A stretch of 64,000 nt of DNA, from positions 5,516 to 69,515 of the forward strand of contig JAUILH010000004.1 of the NCBI GenBank assembly GCA_030433115.1, in the 5' to 3' direction. This document shows positions 48,548 through 57,720 of this stretch, piece by piece. The notes beneath the pieces were generated by a model. The model ran no database searches. It was not told the DNA's origin and saw only the letters and a list, made by a program, of their open reading frames with translations. Position 1 is the first letter of the stretch. Every line of letters begins with the position of its first letter. Origin of the DNA: Bacteroidia bacterium (GTDB lineage: Bacteria > Bacteroidota > Bacteroidia > Flavobacteriales_D > JAUILH01). The position numbers and the translations under genes are program-made.

Positions 48548-49079
48548 TCAATATCATAGATTTAAGTTTCTTCATGCACTTGTATTTTTGGGATTTGGCA
48601 TGATTCGCATTCGTATACCCCAGGTTTTTAGCGATTTCCGTCATCGACCGTTTCAGGTAGTAAAATTGCTGAAGAAGTGTTTTACACGGGTCTCCCATGG
48701 CGGCCAGTTGTTTTTCCAGTCTGTCTAACCTTTCATCATGCGCCTTTTTTCTTTCAACTGCTGTTTCGTCACTTTCAAGATAATCTTCAAAATCTGTAAT
48801 GGTTTTCAAGCCTTTTCTTTTTCTGGCTCTGCTATACCATATGTTTCTGGCAACCGAATAAATGAAAGTCTTTATGCTGGCTTTGAGCACAAAATCGGCC
48901 TGACGACTCTTGTTAATGAGCACTAAAATGGTGTCTTGAAAAACATCTCGGGCATCTTCTTCAGTCCCCTGATTGTTTTCAACCAAATACTTGACCATGC
49001 CAAAGTAGTTAACAAAAAGTGTTTGATACACTTTAGAATCTCCCTGTCTCAGGTTTTCTATGATGTCGTGGTTGTCCAA
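48537..49079 (-). CDS. ECF RNA polymerase sigma factor
   Basis: Region 2 (DARDVFQD, KTFIYSVARNIW) and region 4 (SMTEIAKNLGY...KYKCMKKLK); 180 aa. Confidence 0.92.
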   Translation of the reverse strand: MDNHDIIENLRQGDSKVYQTLFVNYFGMVKYLVENNQGTEEDARDVFQDTILVLINKSRQADFVLKASIKTFIYSVARNIWYSRARKRKGLKTITDFEDYLESDETAVERKKAHDERLDRLEKQLAAMGDPCKTLLQQFYYLKRSMTEIAKNLGYTNANHAKSQKYKCMKKLKSMILSEG

Positions 49080-49141
49080 AAAGGTTCCTTCTTTTCCTAG
49101 TTGATGTCAAAGATAGAAAAAGGTAAACCGCTGAGATGAAA

Positions 49142-49606
49142 TTATTGGTTGAATATGAATTTTAGGCTGAAACCATCTGCGGTATCGTAAAATTCAATAT
49201 CCATTCCGCTTCCCGCCCAGGCACCGTCACCCTGAGAAAGGTACCTTTTGTTGAGCAGTTTAGTTATTTTTTTACTGAGTTCATCGATTTTAGCGCTAGA
49301 TGTAAGATACCCTTCAACTGTGCACGCAAGCACCATGTCACCATCTTCTTCAAACTTGATTTCAGCATAGTTGTCCGGACTTAAAAAAACAACAGAGAAA
49401 ACATTGCCTACCTGATCATAAAACAAATTTTCAGGCTTTTTCTTTAGAAGTTTTGCTTTAGCTTGAGAGTAAGAGCTCATTGGCTTAACATTCAATGCCA
49501 TTTTTCCTTTTTTGGAAATACCAAGATCATCGATCATGTCATCTACCGACTGAGCTGAAATACCTTGAAAGAAAAATATCAATAATAGAATCCCGAAAGT
49601 TTTCAT
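49142..49606 (-). CDS. Exported hypothetical protein
   Basis: Signal peptide ending ISA-Q; no recognised domain. Confidence 0.75.
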   Translation of the reverse strand: MKTFGILLLIFFFQGISAQSVDDMIDDLGISKKGKMALNVKPMSSYSQAKAKLLKKKPENLFYDQVGNVFSVVFLSPDNYAEIKFEEDGDMVLACTVEGYLTSSAKIDELSKKITKLLNKRYLSQGDGAWAGSGMDIEFYDTADGFSLKFIFNQ

Positions 49607-49679
49607 GAGTTGAGGAGTTATAAAAATTGTGACACAATAATACGGAATTCTTGTTTTTCTATTTGATCAGGTATCAAGT

Positions 49680-51803
49680 CTATCTGCCACCAGAAAAGTT
49701 CTGTGTGCCCAAACAAGATGAAGTTGATTTTCTCAATGCCATGCCGCATCCCAGGTAGTTGAATTCTTTTGAGAGAATGTTTTTTCTGTGGCCCGGAGAA
49801 TCCATCCACATATCCACGAAAGCGTAGGCCACTTCCAGGTAGGTAGAACCGTAGTAGGATACTTTTGCAATGTTCTCGGCTTTCTGACCGTCACCCACGC
49901 CAAATCGAGCCATGCGCATGCCAGGGTCTCTTTTGCTCCCGTCTTTAGGATTGATATGGGAGTAGAAATTGTCACGAGCCATGTCTTCACTGTGCATGTC
50001 GGCTGCTTTTCTTAATGAGCTGCTGTGCTTGAATGGAGAACGGTTATGAGCCACTCTCTTTTCATTCGTAACATAAAAAATACACGCGTCCAAAAGTGCC
50101 TGGTCGAAATTGTTATCATCTATTTTTTCCTTGATTTGAGGTAGCTTCATGAAGGCTTGTCTACTGGTTGTTTTGTAGTCGCTATCACGCCATTTTTTTG
50201 ATGAATTTCCGGAACCGGATGTGTTCGACCAAGCTTCTAATTCGGGCGTATTTTGAGAAGCACCATTGGATTCGATTCCAGGTTCAGTCTGACTGCCTTC
50301 ATGATTTTCCCAATTGTCTACTGCATACTCATGCAGACGGTATTTCGCTAGGAAAAATTCTGTGTTTCCAGAGTATTCAGGAGCTTTTCTGGTCGAGCCA
50401 AACTCTTTTGGGTCCAATACATAGGATCTGCCTTCACCAAAGAGTAGGAATGTGTTTTTACGAATGTCCAGATGAACAAAAAAGTTTGCGGTACCACAGC
50501 TAGACTTATAAAAGCCATTGTTCTTACCGTCTTTATTCCCAAAAACGTGGCTGTCGATTTTTTGACCGTAGCTATTGAATTTTTCGAAATAAACGGACCA
50601 CCACAAGCCTTCAGAGCAATGAGCTCTGGTAGTATAAATCTCTCCGTTGGAAGGGTCAATTTGAAGTGATTCGCCATAATTGCCACCATTTTTCTTGTCT
50701 CTTGACTCCAACGCTTTTACCCATTTCAATTTGCCTGAAGAAGCATATTGAGCAATAAATGCCTGATTTCGGTTTCCATAAGTTTTCGACAATTTTTCAC
50801 TTTGGTTGATGCCAAAAGTAGATTTGGAAGAACAAGTTCCGAGCACCGTTACATTATGATTCGCATCTACGCTGATGGAAGCGATTTCCTCTGATTGAGA
50901 GCTTCTGATCAGGTTTGCCCAAATCATCTCTCCTGTACTGGCATCAAGGCAAGCTACCATAGCTTCAGTGTTGTAGAAGTAATCTTTGTCTTTTTTGATG
51001 GCAGCATAGTTTTTTTGCGAACCATCCTTGAAGTTCAAGCTGATCTCATAGTCGCCTGAAATACTTGTTCCAAGGTATAGTTTGTCTCCTTTCAATTGAA
51101 TAGAACCCGGTGTGTTGCCATTAGGCAGATATTTTCTGTAGATTTCCTCTCCGCTTGGACTGATCTTTGCCACATTGGCCGGATAGCTGATTAAGTAACT
51201 GTTCCCTTTCGAATCAACCACAAAGTCTCTGGTGCTGCTATAAAAACCACTTGTATACGAACGGGCCCAAATAAGCTGTCCTGTTTTGTCGTATTTGGCC
51301 AAAAAATCCACAGTACTTTCGCTTTCAATATAGTCAGTGTCGCTTGATAAATCCATGTCCTGCTTTCCTTTGTGAACTCCAAAGACATAGATGTTTCCTG
51401 ATGGGTCTAATTCAATTTTTTCTGCACTTAAGTAACCACCACCTTTTACCGGTGAGTCGAATGGTTTGATCCACTGCAGTCGTCCTGTGGGATCAAATTT
51501 TCCAAAAAAGTAGGTGGTACCAGATGCTTTTGAACCGCATGAATAGTGATTGCCATTCATGTTCAGAGCTTTTCTGAAAAAACCTACCGCAAAGATGTTT
51601 CCGGATTGGTCTAGTTCTATGTCCAGAAGTCCTTTGTCGTTGTCTTCAATTGTTTGTCTTTCCGTCTGGTCAGATGAAAAATTGAGGAATTCTAAGTTGG
51701 AACTTAAATTTGATTGTGCTACGCTTACCTCTGGGGTTAAGCCAATGAAGGAGCTAGTTAAACTGAGAGCTATAAACTGTTTGGAAATACTTGCGAATGT
51801 CAT
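49680..51803 (-). CDS. Exported beta-propeller plus CAP (SCP) domain protein
   Basis: Repeated D..GN(I/S)(F/Y) and AKYD..G.L.W blades; CAP motifs AADMHSEDM, AENIA, WMDSPGHRKNIL. Confidence 0.85.
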   Translation of the reverse strand: MTFASISKQFIALSLTSSFIGLTPEVSVAQSNLSSNLEFLNFSSDQTERQTIEDNDKGLLDIELDQSGNIFAVGFFRKALNMNGNHYSCGSKASGTTYFFGKFDPTGRLQWIKPFDSPVKGGGYLSAEKIELDPSGNIYVFGVHKGKQDMDLSSDTDYIESESTVDFLAKYDKTGQLIWARSYTSGFYSSTRDFVVDSKGNSYLISYPANVAKISPSGEEIYRKYLPNGNTPGSIQLKGDKLYLGTSISGDYEISLNFKDGSQKNYAAIKKDKDYFYNTEAMVACLDASTGEMIWANLIRSSQSEEIASISVDANHNVTVLGTCSSKSTFGINQSEKLSKTYGNRNQAFIAQYASSGKLKWVKALESRDKKNGGNYGESLQIDPSNGEIYTTRAHCSEGLWWSVYFEKFNSYGQKIDSHVFGNKDGKNNGFYKSSCGTANFFVHLDIRKNTFLLFGEGRSYVLDPKEFGSTRKAPEYSGNTEFFLAKYRLHEYAVDNWENHEGSQTEPGIESNGASQNTPELEAWSNTSGSGNSSKKWRDSDYKTTSRQAFMKLPQIKEKIDDNNFDQALLDACIFYVTNEKRVAHNRSPFKHSSSLRKAADMHSEDMARDNFYSHINPKDGSKRDPGMRMARFGVGDGQKAENIAKVSYYGSTYLEVAYAFVDMWMDSPGHRKNILSKEFNYLGCGMALRKSTSSCLGTQNFSGGR

Positions 51804-51845
51804 GTTAACTATATAAATGAATAATCAGATTTGCTTTGGTCAATA

Positions 51846-51870
51846 TTACGGCTCAGATAAGAGGTGGTTG
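51846..51870 (-). promoter_or_regulatory. Possible ECF-sigma promoter (AAC-N16-CGTAA) upstream of the CAP gene
   Basis: Minus strand reads caacc-acctcttatctgagc-cgtaa, about 40 nt before ATG 51803; motif match only. Confidence 0.35.
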
Positions 51871-51982
51871 TGGGTATATGTACTCAAATATTGGTTAAGA
51901 TACCTGAAATAGCTTGCTGAGAAGAGCGAATAATCAAAATTGGTGTGATTTTGGCTGCGGTTTATTTAATTTGCTGGTATTA

Positions 51983-53896
51983 ATGAGAATCACTTTCTCC
52001 ATACTATGTTGTCTCTTCCTTGTTATTTCAAGAGCACAGGAGGCGCCTGATTATATCTCCAGGATTGAAAGTTTCGAGTCCTATGAGATGCTTCAAGGCA
52101 ATCCCTTGTCTACTAAGTTTGGAGACGTAAAATCTTTAAAGGTAGCATATCAATATAAAGATGATGTTTTGTACTTCATGAACTCTACCAGATTTAAGTA
52201 CCATCTGGAATTTTGTGAGGAGGTCTTGAACTATTACAAGGGCAGTTTCAATTTCAATTACGACAATTACACCAAAACAGAAGGTCGTGATTATATTTTG
52301 GCAAATATCAACTTCTATTCCAGCGACAGCATATTCACCTTGGAATTCTCTATTGCGGATCAAATTAAAGTATCGGATATTGAAATGTTGTATGGCAAAT
52401 TGAAAACCCACTTTCTGCTCACAGATTCACTAAAGCTATTCCTGAATACCTCTCAATTGGAGAATAGATTTAAAAAGTCAGGATCTAAATTGCCTTCAAT
52501 AGGTGTTGACGAGATATATGCTGGACAAACCTTTCAATCAATACAGCCGGGGACTTCATATGGCATACTGAAGTTTGTGGATATTCAGGACGTGCATCAT
52601 CAAATTTGGTCAAATAACATCATTGTGATGAAGGGAACACCCAATGAATTATCATTGGTGCAAGGTGTTATTGCTAATGATATGCAAACCCCATTGAGTC
52701 ACATCTCCATATTATGTAAGAATAGAAAAACACCGTTTTCAGCACATAAAAACGCCTGGAATGATTCTCTGCTGAGGAGTTTGGAGGGACAGTATGTTCG
52801 TTTGACAGTGAATTCCTACAATTACCAAATAAAGCCTGTTCCGGAAGACTCTGCCAAGGCGTTTTTGGCCAAGCATTTGAAACCAAAGCTGAGCCATGAG
52901 TTGATGATTGATTTGGACCAACAAGACATCATTGATGGAAAAGACCTGGGATATGAAGACATCATTCAGGTGGGTGCGAAAGCCGCTAATTTTGGAGAGC
53001 TCATTAAAGCCAGTAAAAAGAAAGGAGCCAAATTCAAAACACCTGAAAATGCCTTTGCCATTCCTTTTTACTATTATATGGAACACCTTGAGCGCTCGGG
53101 AGCACAGGGCCTAATAGATAGCTTGTTGCATTTGGACTATGATGATCATTCAACTCAAGTGGACCTCTTGAAAGCAATCAGAAAGCGAATAAAGGCAACT
53201 GCTGTCGACTCAAATCTGGTTAAACTCATTGAAAATAGGTTAAAGATGCACCCTGAATACACCAGCTATCGATTCCGGTCGTCCACCAATGCAGAAGATA
53301 TTGAAGGATTTAATGGAGCAGGTTTATATACGTCCACGAGTGTAATCCCAGGACATGAGAAAAAAACGGTAGAGCGTGGACTCCGGAAAGTGTGGGCAGG
53401 TATCTGGAATGATCGGGCGTTTTTTGAGCGACTTTACTTTGGAATTGATCAAAAGAATGTAGCCATTGGTGTACTTGTCCATAGAGGATTTCCGGATGAG
53501 CTGGCAAATGGAGTGTCTATTACGCACAATATATACCGACCAGCCAATCTTGGATTTGTCATCAACGTTCAGAAAGGAGATATTCCGGTCGTGAACCCTC
53601 CTCTAGGAGTGGTATGTGATCAATTGATTTGTTACTCCGATACTGACAATACCTTCTACAACCCTAAAAGAATAGTGGAGTATATTTCCAAATCTTCCGA
53701 AAATGAAGGGGATCAGGTGTTGGATGACAAACAGGTTGTATTGCTTACTAAGGAACTGGCTAAAGTCAAAAAACACTTTTATAGAAAGGTCAATAAAAAT
53801 TGGTTGAAGTACGATTATCAGAGTTTTGTGCTTGACATTGAATTCAAACTGGATAAATCCGGGTATTTTTATATCAAACAGGCAAGACCATTTTAA
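51983..53896 (+). CDS. PEP-synthase/PPDK N-terminal (ATP-grasp) domain protein with phospho-His motif and signal peptide
   Basis: TPLSH, VGAKAANFGEL, FRSSTNAED...GAGLY, DIEFK...IKQARP; MRITFSILCCLFLVISRA-Q from ATG 51983. Confidence 0.85.
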   Translation: MRITFSILCCLFLVISRAQEAPDYISRIESFESYEMLQGNPLSTKFGDVKSLKVAYQYKDDVLYFMNSTRFKYHLEFCEEVLNYYKGSFNFNYDNYTKTEGRDYILANINFYSSDSIFTLEFSIADQIKVSDIEMLYGKLKTHFLLTDSLKLFLNTSQLENRFKKSGSKLPSIGVDEIYAGQTFQSIQPGTSYGILKFVDIQDVHHQIWSNNIIVMKGTPNELSLVQGVIANDMQTPLSHISILCKNRKTPFSAHKNAWNDSLLRSLEGQYVRLTVNSYNYQIKPVPEDSAKAFLAKHLKPKLSHELMIDLDQQDIIDGKDLGYEDIIQVGAKAANFGELIKASKKKGAKFKTPENAFAIPFYYYMEHLERSGAQGLIDSLLHLDYDDHSTQVDLLKAIRKRIKATAVDSNLVKLIENRLKMHPEYTSYRFRSSTNAEDIEGFNGAGLYTSTSVIPGHEKKTVERGLRKVWAGIWNDRAFFERLYFGIDQKNVAIGVLVHRGFPDELANGVSITHNIYRPANLGFVINVQKGDIPVVNPPLGVVCDQLICYSDTDNTFYNPKRIVEYISKSSENEGDQVLDDKQVVLLTKELAKVKKHFYRKVNKNWLKYDYQSFVLDIEFKLDKSGYFYIKQARPF

Positions 53897-53915
53897 AATC
53901 TGCTAACTTTGTAGC

Positions 53916-54263
53916 ATGACAGATCAGGATGTTAAACTGCCCAATTATCCAGCGTTTTTCGTGTTGTTGCTCACTTTTGTGCCCCTCATCATTATTGAAA
54001 TGAGTTCGGCGAGCTATGTGTTTTCAAGTGATTTTTATAACACTTTACGCGAAAATTTTGGCTTTTTCCTGTTCTTTCAACTAATCCTATATGGTTTCAC
54101 CTTTAGTCAATCCATCATTCAATATGATCAAATTCCCAGAACGCATCACGTGGGATTGGTTGTTTTGTTGTCCACATTTGGCTTCTCAATTATTGCGTTA
54201 ATCATCTCCTGGATGGGCTATTTTAATGCTGGGATGCATACCTTCATCTGGCTCAACGTATGA
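53916..54263 (+). CDS. Small hypothetical membrane protein (3 TM)
   Basis: Hydrophobic segments; TAACTTTG promoter at 53904-53911; ATGA overlap with the next gene. Confidence 0.7.
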   Translation: MTDQDVKLPNYPAFFVLLLTFVPLIIIEMSSASYVFSSDFYNTLRENFGFFLFFQLILYGFTFSQSIIQYDQIPRTHHVGLVVLLSTFGFSIIALIISWMGYFNAGMHTFIWLNV

Positions 54264-55210
54264 GACAGGTAATCTTTATCGATGAGGTACACCACCATTT
54301 GCACGAGCGTTTGGAAGAAATGGGATTCTCTTGTGAGAATTGTTACGCATTGTCTAAAGCATCACTTCAAGAAAAATTAACAGAGGCTAAAGGCATTGTG
54401 GTGAGAAGTCGTTTTAGAATGGATAGCCACCTTCTGGACCATGCACCTCATTTGGAATTCATAGCGCGTTCCGGAGCGGGTATGGAAAATATCGACCAGG
54501 ACTATTGTAAGAAGAGAGGGATTGTCTTGTTTAATGCGCCCGAGGGAAACAAAAATGCGGTGGCAGAGCATGCATTGGGAATGTTACTATCTCTATTCAA
54601 TCGACTAAGGAAAGGAGACTCAGAAATTCGTTCCGGAAAATGGGATAGAGAGGGGAATCGAGGATATGAATTGGAAGGAAAAACCATTGGTTTGATTGGT
54701 TTTGGCAATAACGGGAGTCAGTTTGCCAAAATTTTATCCGGATTTGACGTGCGAATTTTGGCATACGACAAATACAAAACTGGCTTTGGAACTTCCATGG
54801 TTGAAGAGGTTGATTTAGAAACCATTTTTAAAGAGGCAGACGTGCTAAGTTTCCATATTCCACAAACGGAAGAAACTTTGGGATGGTGCGATGAAACCTT
54901 ATTGGGCAAGTTTGAAAAACCAATTTATTTAATCAACCTGAGCAGGGGCAAAATTGTCAAGACCTCAGCATTGCTTGAGGCACTTAATTCCGGCCAGGTT
55001 CTGGGCGCTTGTTTGGATGTACTGGAATTTGAAAAAAGCTCTTTTGAGGATATGTTCGATCAGTCGAATATGCCGGATGCCTTTAAACAATTACTTGAAA
55101 ATGACAAGGTCATTCTATCTCCTCATGTTGGAGGATGGACACACGAATCCTACTTCAAGCTGTCAAAGGTGCTTGCAGATAAGATTGAAGCACATTATTC
55201 GGGACAGTAA
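54260..55210 (+). CDS. D-2-hydroxyacid dehydrogenase (phosphoglycerate dehydrogenase-like)
   Basis: RSGAGMENID, AVAEH, GLIGFGNNG, INLSRG, LDV, SPHVGG. Confidence 0.92.
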   Translation: MRQVIFIDEVHHHLHERLEEMGFSCENCYALSKASLQEKLTEAKGIVVRSRFRMDSHLLDHAPHLEFIARSGAGMENIDQDYCKKRGIVLFNAPEGNKNAVAEHALGMLLSLFNRLRKGDSEIRSGKWDREGNRGYELEGKTIGLIGFGNNGSQFAKILSGFDVRILAYDKYKTGFGTSMVEEVDLETIFKEADVLSFHIPQTEETLGWCDETLLGKFEKPIYLINLSRGKIVKTSALLEALNSGQVLGACLDVLEFEKSSFEDMFDQSNMPDAFKQLLENDKVILSPHVGGWTHESYFKLSKVLADKIEAHYSGQ

Positions 55211-55211
55211 C

Positions 55212-56483
55212 TTAGACTATATTTTCCATAACCATACGTGCCGTATTTCTGGTTCGCTGATCTACTAAAATCTTCTTATTGAGCGTGACTCTGTCAATGG
55301 TAGCCTCATCAAAATGACGAATGGTGACCAATTCCAGATTCTCGTTGTACAAGACTTTGTAATCCTCTTGAAGCGCCTCAATCAATGAAGGTATTTTCCG
55401 TTCATCCATATCTGCGCATACAGAAAAATTAAGTGCAGAGTTTTGCATCAAACGAATTTTAACCCGGTGCTCATTGAATAATTTAAAGATGTCCTGCAAG
55501 TTTTCTTCTACTACAAAAGAGAAGTCTTTGGTAGAAATGGACAGTAGGATTTGATTAATTTTAAAGATGAAACTGGGAACCAATGTGTCATAATCTTGAG
55601 ATTCCTGAATGACCGTGCCTTCTTCTTCCGGATTTAAGAATGATTTAGCATACAAAGGAATTTTTTTGTTCTCCAGTGGTTTTATCGTTTTTGGATGAAT
55701 GATGGATGCCCCATAGTAACTCAACTCTGTGGCTTCTCGATACGAAATCTTGTCCAATTTGATGGTGTTATCGAACCATTTTGGATCTGCATTCAAAACT
55801 CCCGGTACGTCCTTCCAAATAGTGACACTCTCAGCTTCTGTGCAATAAGCCAAAATGGAAGCCGTATAATCAGACCCTTCCCGACCAAGTGTCGTTGTTA
55901 ATCCCTCTGGCGTGCTTGCAATAAACCCTTGAGTCACTACAATTGTATGCTTATTCATCAAAGAAGTCATGGTTTTCTGAACCAAATTCTGGGTGGTTTG
56001 CCAATCCACACGACCATCTCTGTATACATTGTTGGTGCGGATCATTTTACGGGCGTCTTGCCAAACTGCCTTTTTGTTTTGACTCTGCAGATAGCGGGTA
56101 ATAATTTTGGTGCTTAGCAATTCACCTCTGCTTACCAAGCCGTCATAATCGTAGTCAAAAAAGTCATTGTGGCCACCTTCCAGATACGATTCAATATCGC
56201 CTTGCCATTGAGTAAAATCTGTGTAAATGGGGTCACTAAAATCCGGAAATAAGTCGCGAATAATGGCATTGTGGTAATCAATAATCTCCTGAAAGCATTC
56301 TTCAACCAAACTGTTGTTGTGATACCAGGCATTCAATAACATCTCAAATGCATTGGTTGTCTTTCCCATAGCAGACACAACTACCATCAATTGATCATTG
56401 GGGTAACGGTTGATCACACTGACCACATTTCTCACAGCATCCGCACTCTTAACAGAAGCACCACCAAACTTGAAAACCTTCAT
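55212..56483 (-). CDS. lysC: Aspartate kinase
   Basis: VFKFGGASV, VVSAMGKTT, TTLGREGSDYTA, WKDVPG...DP, ACT-like C-terminus. Confidence 0.93.
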   Translation of the reverse strand: MKVFKFGGASVKSADAVRNVVSVINRYPNDQLMVVVSAMGKTTNAFEMLLNAWYHNNSLVEECFQEIIDYHNAIIRDLFPDFSDPIYTDFTQWQGDIESYLEGGHNDFFDYDYDGLVSRGELLSTKIITRYLQSQNKKAVWQDARKMIRTNNVYRDGRVDWQTTQNLVQKTMTSLMNKHTIVVTQGFIASTPEGLTTTLGREGSDYTASILAYCTEAESVTIWKDVPGVLNADPKWFDNTIKLDKISYREATELSYYGASIIHPKTIKPLENKKIPLYAKSFLNPEEEGTVIQESQDYDTLVPSFIFKINQILLSISTKDFSFVVEENLQDIFKLFNEHRVKIRLMQNSALNFSVCADMDERKIPSLIEALQEDYKVLYNENLELVTIRHFDEATIDRVTLNKKILVDQRTRNTARMVMENIV

Positions 56484-56557
56484 AACAACGAATTTGCCAT
56501 AAAATTAGAGTTAAAAAGGACAAATGAGCCAGAAAAAAACGGTCACTTATTAACCGC

Positions 56558-57316
56558 TTACTTTGAAATAGCATTGGTGATTTCCACGAAGGTTTCCCAA
56601 GACAATTGTTCGGGGCGTTTGGCAAGAATTTCCGGATCAACTTTGTCTATCACTCCAAACTGTTTTAATGAGTTCCGCAATGTTTTTCGCCGTTGATTGA
56701 ACCCTGCTTTAACTACTTGTTTGAATTTTTTCGGATCGCAATCGAGTGTTTGATTAGTTTTCCTTTTCAATCGCAATACGCCAGATTTGACTTTTGGTGG
56801 GGGATCGAAAACATCCTCGTTGACTGTGAACAAATATTCCGCCTCATAAAATGCCTGAACCAACACACTCAAAATGCCATAAGTTTTGTTGCCCGGAGGC
56901 TCACAGATTCTCTCAGCAACTTCCTTTTGAAACATGCCAACCACTTCTGGGATTTTGTGTTTAAAATCGAGTACTTTAAAGATGATTTGAGAGGAAATGT
57001 TGTAAGGGAAATTGCCCACTACAGCTACCTGATCGTCGAAAAAGTCATCTAGATTGGCTTTCAAAAAATCCTGATGATGCACGGTGATATCAGGGTAGTA
57101 TTTATTGAGGTAGGTGATGGATTCAGTATCAACTTCCATCAACTCCAGGGCACAGTCGATTTTGGTTAAATATTTGGTAAGTGCGCCGGTTCCCGGACCA
57201 ATTTCCACCATCCGATTATAACCTTCATGAATGGTAATGCTATCTGCTATACGAACACAGACCTGTTCGTCCTTGAGAAAATGTTGCCCAAGGTGTTTTT
57301 TTGGTTTAACGTACAC
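56558..57316 (-). CDS. rsmA: 16S rRNA adenine dimethyltransferase RsmA/KsgA
   Basis: KKHLGQHFL, EIGPGTGALT, GNFPYNIS, MFQKEVAER, FDPPPKVKS, FNQRRKTLRN. Confidence 0.96.
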   Translation of the reverse strand: MYVKPKKHLGQHFLKDEQVCVRIADSITIHEGYNRMVEIGPGTGALTKYLTKIDCALELMEVDTESITYLNKYYPDITVHHQDFLKANLDDFFDDQVAVVGNFPYNISSQIIFKVLDFKHKIPEVVGMFQKEVAERICEPPGNKTYGILSVLVQAFYEAEYLFTVNEDVFDPPPKVKSGVLRLKRKTNQTLDCDPKKFKQVVKAGFNQRRKTLRNSLKQFGVIDKVDPEILAKRPEQLSWETFVEITNAISK

Positions 57317-57632
57317 CTTCGGCAGTTTGGTGATGAACAACTTCTAAAATGGTCCTGAAGGCTCCAAATTTACCTGAGTAGCGGTCTAGGTGGTCTTTCT
57401 GTAAGGCTTGTGCAAATTCTTCCTGGTAGCGGTTGTAATGGTCCCAACTTTCTGCCAAATATTGAATGCTGTATGCTTTACCGCCTTCTTCCTCACCATG
57501 AATTCTACAGATTTTATTGTCGACAAACATGCCTGTTTTCATGACATCAGGAATATGAACCGTTTTCATCCAATTGAGCCACTCGTCGTGTACATTCTCA
57601 TCAATACTAATGGTAACGTTGTATAAAATCAT
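57306..57632 (-). CDS. DUF4286 family protein
   Basis: MILYNVT..ID...HDEWL.WM...HIP, YSIQY, FRTILE; upstream of rsmA. Confidence 0.85.
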   Translation of the reverse strand: MILYNVTISIDENVHDEWLNWMKTVHIPDVMKTGMFVDNKICRIHGEEEGGKAYSIQYLAESWDHYNRYQEEFAQALQKDHLDRYSGKFGAFRTILEVVHHQTAEGVR

Positions 57633-57720
57633 GAAGCTAAATTAAGCAAATGCCAAGAATGGCAGAGAGATTGGAGCGGACTGTATAAAATTTCGTTTCT
57701 TTGGATCAAAGTTGGATTGC

